A stretch of 64,000 nt of DNA from Balanoglossus misakiensis (taxonomy: Eukaryota; Animalia; Hemichordata): NCBI GenBank assembly GCA_040954595.2, contig CM082591.2, positions 2,269,745 to 2,333,744 of the forward strand. Reading direction: 5' to 3'. Shown one piece after another: positions 24,401-36,200 of this stretch. Each line of letters begins with the position of its first letter. Position 1 is the stretch's first letter. The notes under the pieces were generated by a model, which saw only the letters and a program-made list of their open reading frames with translations, had not been told where the DNA came from and did not search any database. The position numbers were made by a program, and so were the translations under genes.

Positions 24401-27400
24401 AAAAATTATTTACCATGTTTTTATCAAATCTAATGACAGGCAAGCTACATTTACTGAAAAATATTGCCTCATAACTGAGATTTATCTGACATATTACCCA
24501 GTAACTGGGGTTTCTCTGACATATTACCCCATAACTGGGTTTTAACTGACATAACACCCCATAACTGGGTTTTATCCGACATATCACCCCATAACTGGGT
24601 TTTATCTGACATATTACCCCAAAACTGTACAACAGAATCCAATGGGAGTTCATCAACACTTTGATATTGTTAGTTCACTGTTTATAGAGGCCCATGAACC
24701 AATGTTGTTATGGCCCAACAAATTCTCTTTAAAACTACAGCATCTCAACGCATTATACACTTCATACACCATACATCAACACGGACCTGCCACAGTAATG
24801 GACACTCTTATCTACCTTATGGAATGATTTTTTCCCCAACATAAAATATCCATTTTTAAGTACATCAATTACTATGCAGTGAAGCTAGCGCTATGCCATA
24901 TGAATACCAATGCCACGGCCTTGTCAATAAATTATCATCAATGACATTGCTGCAAATGAAGCTATACTTCATTGTAGTTTACAGTAAGATTAATGCTGAA
25001 AAAACTGAAGTGTGAACAAATGAACTAGAACGAAACTTTTTTTTTCCTGAAAACAAATAATATCCCCAAAAATATGATTTCAGTAGTGTTCTTTTACAGA
25101 ACATCAAAAAAACAGTAGCCAGTAGTTCTTAGACATTAGTGGAATGTTTAGCCTGATTTCCTCTTTTATTAGTTTCAGATCCATTACCAGTTTATTTTTA
25201 TCATTTCCATCAATGTTGCTGATCATGCATACATCTAAGTTACCAGACAGATAGAACCACAGGACAGCTATTACTGTGGTTGTGAAAATAGATCTGATAA
25301 AGATACTGATGTATGTATATTGATCACTACTAGACTAGATTAGGCTTGTTACTCTGTTTCTACATGAATTACCGTTAGTCGTAAACACTCATGAATCGGT
25401 GGCAGCTTCTTAGACTAAAACGACAGCAGAAACCGACAGAGGTCTCATTTTTGAGGATCACAATCACTGCTGGGCCCAGATTGAACATGACACAACGGTC
25501 AGACTCATTAAAAAAAAGTTTGTTCAACTAGTTTATTGTTTAGTTCTCAAATCCGGTTGATCACCCGAACAAGACTCCATGAAGTGTGTAAGGAAAAATA
25601 ATGCCGTGATTAACGTCTACTGGGATTCCCTAAGCGGGCTTAAGCCATTTTGTTTCGGAATCAGAAACCGTTTGGTTCCCAGGAACTTCTTTTGTTCACC
25701 AAAGCCCTGTTCAGTCATTGAAGATGGCTGAAAGCATAGAGCTAGTTTATCCCCAGGAATGTGGATTCGAAACTCAGCATTCAATGTACGGTAGTATTTG
25801 ACTTCTACTGTATTACCCGAATGAAACCATTCTGGCCGACACCGTAATGTGTGTAATAAACTGATAGCAAGAGCATTTTCGATATAAAAAACATGGTTTC
25901 ATAAAACAGATTCAACATTCAGGTTTACTGCTCACAGAAGGTCAACACCAAGCACAATAAAAGGCCAAAAAACAAACCAACAATAGTATTCTGAACAATG
26001 TATGTCCAAGTACAAACTTTTGATGGCTGGTTAGTTCAGAATGCATCTGATATATGGCAATAAAACAGAGGCCTTGCAACTTCACGAGAATGGAAACGGG
26101 AGGTCGAAAATACAAAAGATTCATTGACAATACAAATGTTCTAAAGGTCAAAAGTGCTTATGATTCAGAAACACAAATATGTGGCCTAATCGATAATTGC
26201 AAATATCATACAAACACAAATAAGAGGAAATGACTGGTCTCTGGTGTCAATGACAGGTCAATAACACAATGAAATGAACAACTCAACTATTATGCAAATG
26301 ACAGGTCAACAACAACTGATAATGACTGGGCAATAATGCAAGGAAGGGTAGTGATTGGTCGAGATGGATCAGCTCAGTAATGAAATCCCCCCGGCGCAAA
26401 ACGAAGAACTCATCACCCAGACAAAATAACTTGTCAACGTTGTGACTGCTCGACAGAACATGGATACAGATGAGAAGATGAGGAGCAAAGCGACCGAGGA
26501 TGCGACACATCCAGAATACAAATCAGAGATCAGCCTTTTTCTGTTCCTGACAGGTGCACAAAGCAAGTGACTGACACACTGTCGCCTTGCTTTTAGCACA
26601 CTGTTGCAAACTTGATGACACATGAAACACACCCAAGATCCAACCGATGACACATGTCTATCCACGTACCCTACACTGAATACTAATGAAGTGTGAACCA
26701 CTCGATAAATTAATAATTCGAATCTTCCCACAGATTTGAAATATTAATATCATGTCGCAACACGTCTTCGAAAAAATCAATCTTTTGACTTATTTTTGGA
26801 CTGGCTCAGGGTCAGATCATCGGATGTTCGTTCAAGTTGGGCCGCATGGACGCACGCTTGGGGCGGTTCAGTATTCCCAGACTTCCTCAATAAAATCGAG
26901 CCATGCTGGACAGCACCCTAACGGAAAGGCAACTTCATTAAATACACATCATGCCACCGCCGCACATCCATTATTGAATGTACTAGCTTCCAGCTGGCAA
27001 TGGCCAGAAACGTTCCAATCTATTATGCAATGATATCAACACTGACTTCTCTACAAAATATATCACACTCTACAAAGACAAAAAAAACTTTTGAAATATT
27101 ATGCAAGTATACATATTACTCCGTTGACAAAAACATGATGAATTATCTCAGACAGCTCAGAGCTTCCACCCAACCCTCACATAATTCATATGATTGATTA
27201 TTTTGTTTGCTGAGGGATCTCACATGAAGAAGTTCAACGAACTTTGCACACTCAATATATGCAACATATTTCAACAATATCGTCTATAATAACTTCAATC
27301 AGTGAACACATTCAATTATTTCCAGTAAATTAAAATATGCACATTGCACATTAGCAACTATACACTTTGCAAGCAGAAATGAGCACTTGTGAAAAAAATG

Positions 27401-27705
27401 TCAGAACAAATAGATGACAAAATAATTTCACAAGTGGTCATTTCTTGAGAGCAAACACAAATTTGTCTGATGATATTATATAAAAGCTAAGATTCATTGG
27501 AGCAGTAAAGTTAGTTCACACTAAATTCAAACATATATGAACATAACATCCCATAATAGTGATGTATAGAATCTGAGCATAAATACACACAATACTTACC
27601 TTCATTTCTTACTGTTTCCATAGTAACAAAGCTGTGTGAGTGGTGATGATGTGTCACCATGGCTACCAGATCTGGGGTTGACTTGTTGCCACGTGTACCA
27701 GGCAT
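9889..27705 (-). CDS. Hypothetical 64-aa two-exon peptide gene with a very long 3' region (could instead be an lncRNA)
   Basis: Exon 27705-27600 (gccATG, MPGTRGNKSTPDLVAMVTHHHHSHSFVTMETVRNE, perfect AAG|GTAAGT donor) lies downstream of CCAAT and TATA elements. It joins in phase 1 to the acceptor cttgttttctgcag| at 9977, giving EPNADGKHYPVLSLEELQHLQKSKSCLGL*. The junction is inferred only. Confidence 0.35.
10602..10695. repeat. 17-bp minisatellite, 5.5 copies, with alternating variants (34-bp higher order)
   Basis: gccatattggactggtg alternates with gccatattggattgacg. Confidence 0.9.
11138..11222. mobile_element. Short MITE-like element with CCCTTT...AAAGGG termini (family B)
   Basis: Inverted ends ccctttcaccaccgtggttc / gaatacgggggtgaaaggg; a homologous copy lies at 46714-46787. 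Confidence 0.6.
11521..11584. mobile_element. Internally deleted Tc1/mariner-pogo-type MITE (family A)
   Basis: TA-CAGTAAAACCTGTCTAAACTG...CAGTTTAGACAGATTTTCATG-TA; same terminal repeat as 44920-45097. Confidence 0.65.
17476..17682. mobile_element. piggyBac-like (TTAA) MITE, family C
   Basis: Begins TTAACCCTTT and ends ggtgttgaaaaggttgaa. Internal aattttagaccaaga...cataattt matches the reverse complement of the 35199-35352 copy. Confidence 0.5.
18349..18500. repeat. Compound microsatellite (CA)n(TACA)n(AACA)n(CA)n
   Basis: Seen directly. Confidence 0.95.
21856..21957 (-). mobile_element. Partial copy of MITE family A
   Basis: Reverse complement aaacctgtccaaaccgaaccctgtctaatctggaaacctgt...gtccctttgacatggaaccacatgttaaaa aligns to 44925-45020. 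Confidence 0.7.
24461..24627. repeat. 30-bp minisatellite, ~5.5 copies
   Basis: Unit atattaccccataactgggttttatctgac. Confidence 0.92.
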
Positions 27706-27789
27706 GGCTCTGCTTGACAACGGGGCTCAACCTGTCGGGTCTGAAAACACCTTGCCATTGTCATACACATTGTCACTGGCCACCCTTCG

Positions 27790-28065
27790 TGTTGCCCGCG
27801 GGGCACGCGCTTTATAATAGTGCGTCCAAGGCAAATGTATGACAAGAAGGCGTCCCTTTCAGACCGTCCATTGAACCCAGTTCCCCCTCAGATTCAAGTC
27901 ATCGGACCAGTCCATCCAATCAATCCCGCAGTGCTCACCTCTGACCATTATCACCCAACCAGAACATCTGTCTCAATCCAGGACTCGTCCAATCACAGCG
28001 CTTGTCTCAGACCACTGCACCGGTGTTCTCTCTCTCACCCCAAAACATAGTGACTGCACCAATAT
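27790..28065 (-). promoter_or_regulatory. Putative Pol II promoter (TATA plus CCAAT boxes)
   Basis: Minus-strand TATAAA at ~27808-27813 followed by GC-rich gcgcgtgccccgcggg. CCAAT at ~27916, 27989 and 28059. A strong donor follows at 27599. Confidence 0.5.
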
Positions 28066-30448
28066 GCTCTGCCACAGTCTTTCTCAGCTTAGCATTCTGC
28101 CCCACACCGTCACAGCATCTGTTGATCCAACAACTGACCCCTCTCGTAATTTCCTTTGTCGTGACTTCTTTCATCTTAACCTCTCGCGACAATCCTTGAT
28201 TCCTTAGGCTAACACCATCATTCATTGCTGACCCGATTTTCATTCTATGCGGGTGTGTTATTCTGAGTTTGCAGTGGGGTGCTTTGTAGTGGTCTGACAG
28301 CTCCTCTGGGCAGTCAACACTGCCAACAAAGCCAGCTAGCTGCGCCTGCATCTTCACACACCACAACACACGACTCAAGTCTCGTCACAGTCTGCTCAAT
28401 TCCGGGGCTTCTCGGCCTGCTTGCATTGCGATCTCTATCTCTTGCCGCTATTTTTCTCCCAAGTGGTTTTTCTGTGCTTACTCTTTTCGATACATTCTCG
28501 TGCAAATGAACAGCGTGATTTCATTCATCAATGTAAACTCAAGGCAGTACAAAATAGTTTTAGAAAAAGTTAATGCATCTTAGTGACCTTGGGTTAACAA
28601 AGGCAAATTATCAACCATGATTGGTGTTAAGTTCAAACATTCCTGATCATCCATCTGCATTTTTATGCCTCGTAATTCCAAGCTACGTGTCAAAAATTAC
28701 CTGTCATCAAATGCATAGCTGTCCTTCCTCGACTAAATTAGCATGTTTATGAGTTGTTGTTGCCTGCTTTTTGCCATTGACACTAGAGACTGACAAAACT
28801 GCCCTGTGTATGGCCTCTTCTGCAAGTGAGACTCAAGATCTGAAGTTGAAATTCCACTTCAAATTGCACTGAGAATATTTCACTCACGACCATTAACTAA
28901 CACAAACTTTCCCTTTTTTCTCACCATCTTGGAATCATTTCATGAAAACCACGCTTTTCAGTAATTATGACAATGAATGTTATGATTCTTGAAATGGACA
29001 TTTCTAGAAACACTATGTTTAGGATTGTGTAGATTTTTATAGAGTACTCTACAGGGATTGTTACATCGCTATGACAACAAAGACAATAGTTTCAAAGAAG
29101 GTTTCATAGGTATTAATGTAAAAGCTGTACAGGTTACCCCTTATAAGAATGTCTTATTAGTTATTTAAGTAGGTCAAAGGTCACACATACATAGCTTCAT
29201 ATTCCATACGTCCTGATCAACAGGGTCTATCTCAAAGGTCAAATAGCATTATGGGTACTGGTAGCACGCTGAAAATCTTAGATTATTGCCTGTTTTGTTT
29301 TTGTTATACCTAAAACAAAAAATCACAGGTCTAATCTTTGAATTTTAGATTAATTATAATATTCAGCACACTATGTTTATAATAGGAGTTCTAGCAAGGA
29401 TTTAGTAGAACAATCTTAGCACAAAAGCATTATTATGAAAAAAATTATTAGAAGTGGGGAAAGATTTAAAGCAGGGATGATTAAGACGAAGCGTGGGATA
29501 AAAATTGATGCGAGCAGCTGATAATTATGCCAGATTGGAATGATCAATTTGACACAGGAAGGATGGCACGGGAAAAACACATTAATAATGGAACTGAAAA
29601 ACGCCGCACAAGTTAAAATAAAACTGACAGACACTCTTCACGTCATCCCGTTTGAAATGAATTAATACTGTGACTGACGGCACACTGAGGTCTGCCAACA
29701 ATGTAGAGATTTTTCTCTCGACTGCAGGATGTGAACACACTAAGCAAAGAATCGAGGGTAGGGGCCATACAAGGTAGTGGGATGCCGGCAGCTTATTTTC
29801 CCAAACATCACAGCACTGCAAATTCAATAGCCGTGCAAACAAACACAGCCCATCTAATTTGCGACAAACTACAGATTAATGGGCGACAAAGCTGTTCGAA
29901 TTGGAACCTTAGAAAAAAGACGGATTGGCTGTCGCTATTTCAAAAATTCAAGGCCATTGGAATTTCTGCACTGTAAGCGGTGTGACTTCTTTACTCTATG
30001 GTGCAAGAACACATATTACATTGCCGTCATACAGTCTGTCTCTCAATACGTATCTATAGATGTATAGGTCTTTGTGTACACATTGACATACAAAAAAATC
30101 AATGTGAAGATTGTTTAGGCTGAGCCAAGTACATTTAGCTTGCAAGACCCTTCAGCCTCATGTAAATATCGCTTGTGTAATTTCAGAGCTAAGCTCGACA
30201 CCTCTCTCTGTCCTAACCAACTTTCCCTACATTTATAAATTTAAAAATTCACGGAATTAGTAAACTGTTATAAGACTGAGTTAAATTTATGGAGTAGTCT
30301 AACTGGTATGAATTTTTTCACTCATTCACACTGAATGCATTAATTGTACATGTAGTCTTAGTTATGGCTTGTAATGTATGTACAAAATAGCCATACTTTT
30401 TTACCTATCAGGTATCAAGTTTTTATCATCTCCCTTCAGGAGGGTTAG

Positions 30449-32044
30449 TCACACGTCTGTTTCTATACTTACTGCATTGATGTTCAAATTGACAGAATTA
30501 CGTTGCACGCTGTTCATTTTAGTTCGTTCACTGGGGTTTTGACGGCCAGCGCCGGGCTGACTATGCGTTTGCTGCGATAGAGAAGAGCTCATCCCTTCCT
30601 CCATTTCAACGTAGTCCACCGAAACATTCTCTTGGCTAGCACCATCTTTCTTCTTGACGACCGTAGGAGCTGGTAAATAAGGGCAACTAGACACGTGCGA
30701 ATATTGCGTTTGTTCCTCGTTATCGTTCTCGCGGTGATAAAAATAATTAAAGTTGGAGACAATGACGGGCACAGGCAGAGCAATGGTTAACACACCTGCG
30801 ATTGCACACAAGGATCCCACGATCTTTCCGCCCGTCGTTACCGGCTTCATATCGCCGTACCCAACTGTTGTCATGGTAACAACAGCCCACCAAAATGCAT
30901 CTGGAATACTGTTGAATTGTGTCTCTTTCGAGTCGGTCTCTGCAAAGTACACAGCACTGGAGAAAAGAATAACGCTAACAAACAAGAAGAATACAAGCAG
31001 GCCGAGCTCTCTCATACTAGCTCGGAGTGTTCTCCCAAGAATTTGCAGACCCTTCGAGTGTCTTGAAAGCTTAAAGATTCTAAAGACGCGTACCAAGCGG
31101 ATAACACGAAGGATGGCGAGTGACATCGCCTTGTTTTCTTCCTCAGTGGACGTGGTCTCTTGGATCAGCGCAGTTCCCAGCGTAATGAAGTAGGGAATAA
31201 TCGACACCACATCGATGACGTTCATGATGTTCTTGAAGAACTGCAGCTTCCTGGGGCAGGACAGCAGCCGCACCACAAACTCCAAAGAAAACCACACTAT
31301 ACAGCAAGTTTCTATGATCCAAAACGGGTCGTGATAAAATGACATGAAAGTTGAGCCTGATGTTGTGTTGGTTATATTCTTCGGCTTGCTAGGTTTGGGT
31401 GTGAACTGAGGCATTGTCTCTAGGCAAAATATGACGATGGATATCAAAATTATAGTCACAGAGCACACAGCTATTACCCTGGCCCAGGGTGAACTTTCTG
31501 GGTATTCAAATAACAACCATATACTTCGTTGCAGTGGATTTTTTGGCAGCTCTTTTTCTTCCTCTTTGATGAACCCTTCATCTTCCCTGTATTTCGAAAT
31601 TGCATCATCACTTAATTCATAGAACTTGATTTCCTCGTTGAAAACATCGAGGGGTACATTGACAGGCCGTCGGAGCCTACCCCCGCTTTGGTAGTAGTAG
31701 AGAATAGCATCGAAAGACGGTCGGTTACGATCAAAGAAGTACTCGTTCCGCAGGGGGTCGAAGTATCGGATGCGTTTCTCCGGGTTGCCTAGGAGAGTTT
31801 CTGGAAACTGGTTGAGGGTTTTCAGCTGCGTTTCAAATCGGAGACCGCTGACATTGATGACGACTCTCTCGCAACACTGGTCGTGTCCCGAGACCTGGTT
31901 GTCGTAACCTTCATCAATGCTGCTGTCATCATGAACGAGCTTCGGCAGCGATCGCGAGTTGGGGACATTTCCCGACGACCGGGGGAGGGTACGGTTGAAG
32001 CTCAGTCCGTTGTTGCCCTCCAGTCCTGCCATAGCCACCTCCAT
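30449..32044 (-). CDS. KCNA: Voltage-gated potassium channel, Shaker/Kv1 (KCNA) family, 531 aa, intronless CDS
   Basis: T1 domain ([19 protein letters not shown]), S4 [17 protein letters not shown], pore [10 protein letters not shown]6 PVPVIV, C-terminal PDZ ligand ETDV, N-terminal MEVAMAG inactivation motif. Confidence 0.99.
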   Translation of the reverse strand: MEVAMAGLEGNNGLSFNRTLPRSSGNVPNSRSLPKLVHDDSSIDEGYDNQVSGHDQCCERVVINVSGLRFETQLKTLNQFPETLLGNPEKRIRYFDPLRNEYFFDRNRPSFDAILYYYQSGGRLRRPVNVPLDVFNEEIKFYELSDDAISKYREDEGFIKEEEKELPKNPLQRSIWLLFEYPESSPWARVIAVCSVTIILISIVIFCLETMPQFTPKPSKPKNITNTTSGSTFMSFYHDPFWIIETCCIVWFSLEFVVRLLSCPRKLQFFKNIMNVIDVVSIIPYFITLGTALIQETTSTEEENKAMSLAILRVIRLVRVFRIFKLSRHSKGLQILGRTLRASMRELGLLVFFLFVSVILFSSAVYFAETDSKETQFNSIPDAFWWAVVTMTTVGYGDMKPVTTGGKIVGSLCAIAGVLTIALPVPVIVSNFNYFYHRENDNEEQTQYSHVSSCPYLPAPTVVKKKDGASQENVSVDYVEMEEGMSSSLSQQTHSQPGAGRQNPSERTKMNSVQRNSVNLNINAVSIETDV

Positions 32045-32349
32045 TTTGTCTGGGTGCGCTCGTGGTCTCCAGATTGGGGTGAGACCCCACTTCTCAATGA
32101 AATCTAATTTGGAAACAATTTTGACAATCTAGCCAATATGGCGGACATGCTATGGAGTTACAGTCAAAACTGTAAACGGGTTGCTTGTGAAACTGATGAC
32201 AAAATTAACTCACGGTCCACACTCCCACGTATGTCTACTGTGGAGTCACATCCTAATTTTCTCACAGATTTGATCCCATCCTGCAGAATAAGTCTGAAAT
32301 TCGCCCAATATTATCGGGGACGTTCAGCATCATGGCGGACATGACTACG

Positions 32350-32403
32350 TTTTATATTAAGAATGCCCGGATGAAAGCAAAAGGATGACATTACGTGACG
32401 TCA
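32350..32403 (-). promoter_or_regulatory. Candidate Kv1 core promoter: CRE palindrome plus TATA
   Basis: TGACGTCA at 32396-32403 and minus-strand TATAAA at 32350-32355, about 300 nt upstream of the Kv1 ATG. Confidence 0.45.
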
Positions 32404-33235
32404 CAGTACGTCCTTGCAAACTTTCATTTGGATAATAATTATGGACGTATACAGTGTATACAGCGGCCAATGCCATGTGATAAAATATACAAGGGCGAAG
32501 GAATGTGTACACATTTCCCTTTCAAAGAGATATACTGTTTTCCTTCAAGGACTATTTGAAAATTAAATAGCATTTCTACCAACAATTTATGAACAGTGAG
32601 TGAATGACAACTAAACTTCAAAGGGGGGTGTCCTTACGTACTTCAAACGTTTGTAGTCAACGAGTTTAAAAGTACGCGGTACTTATCAACATACTACTGG
32701 AATTACGCAGATGTGACCAAAGTACACACACGGACACAGCCTTTATTTACAGATAGGAGATTGTTGTGTGTCAACAAAAGTTCCTATCAAAAGATTATGA
32801 TATTTGACCAGCTTACAAACTAGTCTTTACCAAAAAGTCAGTACCTTCGTTACAGTCAGAATTTTGGAATATCAAATCGGATTTTGATTTGGAAAACTGT
32901 TCTAAAGCAAGGCAAAAATTAGGTGATCTTTATTGTTTAATATGCAAACATAGTCCGCTGGTCTGGCTAGTGTCCAACTCAAGAAAGTTACGTTTTCTCG
33001 CCAAATTTCAGCCCCTTTTAAGTGGCGCCCTCTACAGTCCAAGGAAAAGGGCACCAATCAAAAGAGCATTGTGGGTAGCTCAACCGTTGTAAGGACGCTT
33101 GTCTGGCTGATAGTGTTCCCCTACTGAGAAATCATGTGTTAAAACTGTTCTTTTATACATAGTTAGATTGCGCATCAGATCCAGATATATAGGGAAAGGT
33201 TAGTCAGTACTTAGGAGAGTTGAAAAGACTCCAAG

Positions 33236-36200
33236 ATGACGCAGTTTTTACCACCGAATCTGCTGGCGTTGTTCGCGCCGCGTGACCCGATTCCATACAT
33301 GACGCCTATGGTAAAACTTCCCCATGAAAAAACTGGACCGGGATACCATGGCGTTGGGGCGTTTCTGGCTAACTTTGAGGTAAGTCTTTTATTTGAGATA
33401 AAAACGAAGCCCATCAGGGCGTGCTTCTGTTCTTAAAGGACGATCTTTTGTCGTTTAACTTCATGACACGATGAAATGGGCTCATGTAGACATTTCAATA
33501 TGGCGGCCATGTGATCACAAAACGTGTCACGTGGGGACACTGGTCTCGAACAAATGAGGTATCATTCTCAAGTATAAGAGAACAGTGACCATAATAGACT
33601 CGATTTTCTTATGGTATAAACCAGAAGTATCGAAAAAATTACTTATTTAAATTTTACCAACATTGTATGGCTTCTGTGAAATGTACACAAAATTGGTTTC
33701 CTTTGTTAAATATTATGCAAATTAGTCACATGACATTTCATAGTGGTGTGAATCTTGTCTTGGGTGACAAAGCCAGTATGGCTCACATACATCATCATGA
33801 AAACTAAACTGAAATACAAAATATTAAATCAGCTATGAACACCATTGTATAATCTGTACCATTTATTTTTTCAGGATCCAAAAGATACGCCCCCACCAAC
33901 AAGAGTTGAAACTAAAGACGAACGCATGGAAAGAAAGGTATGTACAAACATCATTAATATTTAATGTTTCAATAATACTGGCCTAAATTATTGTGGACAT
34001 CGGGTTCATTTGATGAGGTCTGTATAATCAGATTAGGAACTGAAGATGTACATTGTAAGCATTAAATTAAGCAGTGATTTCCTTGAGAAAAATATGTGTG
34101 TAATAACTGAATTTGTACTTTTTATTTCAGAGGAAAGAAAAAAATGACAGCATTTCGATGAAACTGCAAGAGGAACTTGGCATGTGTAAGATTTTTCATG
34201 AGAATCGCTTTATAGAATGGTTGTCAGTGGACATTACATTGTTGGTCATTCAAGTAGTATCATTGTCTGTTATCCTGGGCTCTTCACATGTAGTGTCAGT
34301 CAATGAGGCTACATGTAGTAAACACCAGGTATAGTAAACATCGGTCTTTGGGAAAAAGTCAAATGATAACCATTGATTGGTGCGGTTATCATTGTTTTTC
34401 CAAAGTCTACAATTAACTCTTGTCACAGTCTAGATAAAATTATCTTCTGATGGGGTATTGGGATGTGAGTGTAATTTATTTTGTTGTTCTTTACAGGGGA
34501 TCCAAACAACATCAGTGGTGTAGGCGACGCATTCAAGACCCTCTTTGTTGCAAGAATTGTAAGTAGACCTGAAAGAGTTATTTATCTGTAATTCTGATGT
34601 TGGTTTTGAACTACTTGATGAGATAATTAACACTGCCATAACTGTTTTTATTCATGTCAACAGAACTATGACACTTCAGAATCCAAGCTTAGAAGAGAAT
34701 TTGAAGCATATGGACCAATCAAATCGGTATGTGGAAAGATGTGTATTTGTTGACCAGTATTTTGTTTAAAGAGGTTATTTTACTCTCATGTGAAGGTGTA
34801 GATGGTTATCAGTTTTAACAGATGTAAATATTCTTCTTTTTTTCATCTCTCAGATCCGTATTGTCCATTGTGTCAAAAGTGGTAAACCTAGGGGGTATGC
34901 ATTCATTGAGTACGAACATGAGAGAGACATGCACTGTAAGTATTACATCATTGATGAACTGCTGTTCTCTAAACACCCCCATGGAGAACTAAATATTAAT
35001 CCGGCAAATAATGTTAGCCAGTAAATAATGGTATCTGATCTTACCATTGTGATGTATGGATCAGTCACAAAGTTTTAAAATATGCATAATCCAGAGGGGA
35101 AAAAATCTGAAATGTAAGCCAGTTTTGTTGCTAAACACAGTCAATCATTAGTGTGTTGTTATGACTGTAAACCTAAAGCAACAGGGAAAGCTTTGATGTT
35201 AAACTCTTTGAACACCAAAGTCAACTTGTCATTTTGATAACAAAAAATTAAATTATATACTCTTGGTCCAAAATTAAGGGCGAAATGGCAAAAAAAAAGA
35301 AAATATTGGATCAGTGTTTTGACAGGAAATATTGTGGTGTTCAAAAAGTTAATAACTTGCAGGTCAAAGGGTAAATGTTAAATGCAAATAGACTCCCTAA
35401 GTGCATGGTAAGAGGTTATGAACTCTACTCATTGCAAAAATGTAAATGTATCTTCAAGTTGTGTTCAGAGTGATCAGACATATCTGGCAGAGGGTACCTT
35501 GAATGCATTTAACTTTCTTAAAATATTTAATAAGTTGACTTATGTAGGAAGTCATTAAATAATACCTGCAACATTTTCTGTCCGTCCCATGGAAAATGTG
35601 GAAGGTGCATGTTGAAGGTAGTCTGAAATGCGAGAGTTGGCATTTGCAGGAATTTAATATGGAGGGGGACATAAATGTAAAATTTTTGTGTAGTTGGGGG
35701 GACTAATATGAAGTGAAAATCAATATTTAATAAAAGCAGTTTATAGAGCTGAAGTTTAAAAAAGAAAACATTTAAGTAAAACTTAAAAATTATTCATGAA
35801 TGAAATTAAAATGGCTTGTGGTTAAAAGCCAACAGGTAAGACTTATTGTCTTTGTTGAATACAGAGAATGAAGTTTTTTTGTTGACCATTTTAACTGTGT
35901 CTCTGTATTATATTTTTGACACAGTGCCTTCCAGACAGATTGTACTGTCCTGTAGTCTCATACAGATATGGGTGGGTATGTGGTAAGCTGACCCAGGTAT
36001 ATTTTACTACACACTCAAAAAGAAATTATCCCTATATTGGCCAAAACTCTTTTCTCAGAAATCAGTTTCAGAACCTCAATTATTGAGACACCAAAATCTA
36101 TGACTGACTGCTCCGATAGCACAAATCAAAGTATAAAATTATCTGAGTTTTGAGCCAAATATTTGCAGACTCATGAAACAAATTAAACAGGCAAGATGAC

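Noticed and set aside
24345-24659. 104-aa ORF with GVICQIKPSY repeats; CRISPR-like appearance
   Set aside because: A head-to-tail 30-bp minisatellite without spacers in eukaryotic DNA; no splice or homology support.
28007-28505. 123-aa and 63-aa minus-strand ORFs downstream of Kv1
   Set aside because: No recognisable domain or splice signals; better explained as promoter or 3' flank.
3550-30400. Neurotrophin or glycoprotein-hormone gene expected next to Kv1 from vertebrate synteny
   Set aside because: No ORF with a cystine-knot pattern or suitable length was found.
30753-31622. Plus-strand ORFs over Kv1 (and similar ones over the Kelch gene at 41954-43927)
   Set aside because: Antisense shadows of real coding sequence.
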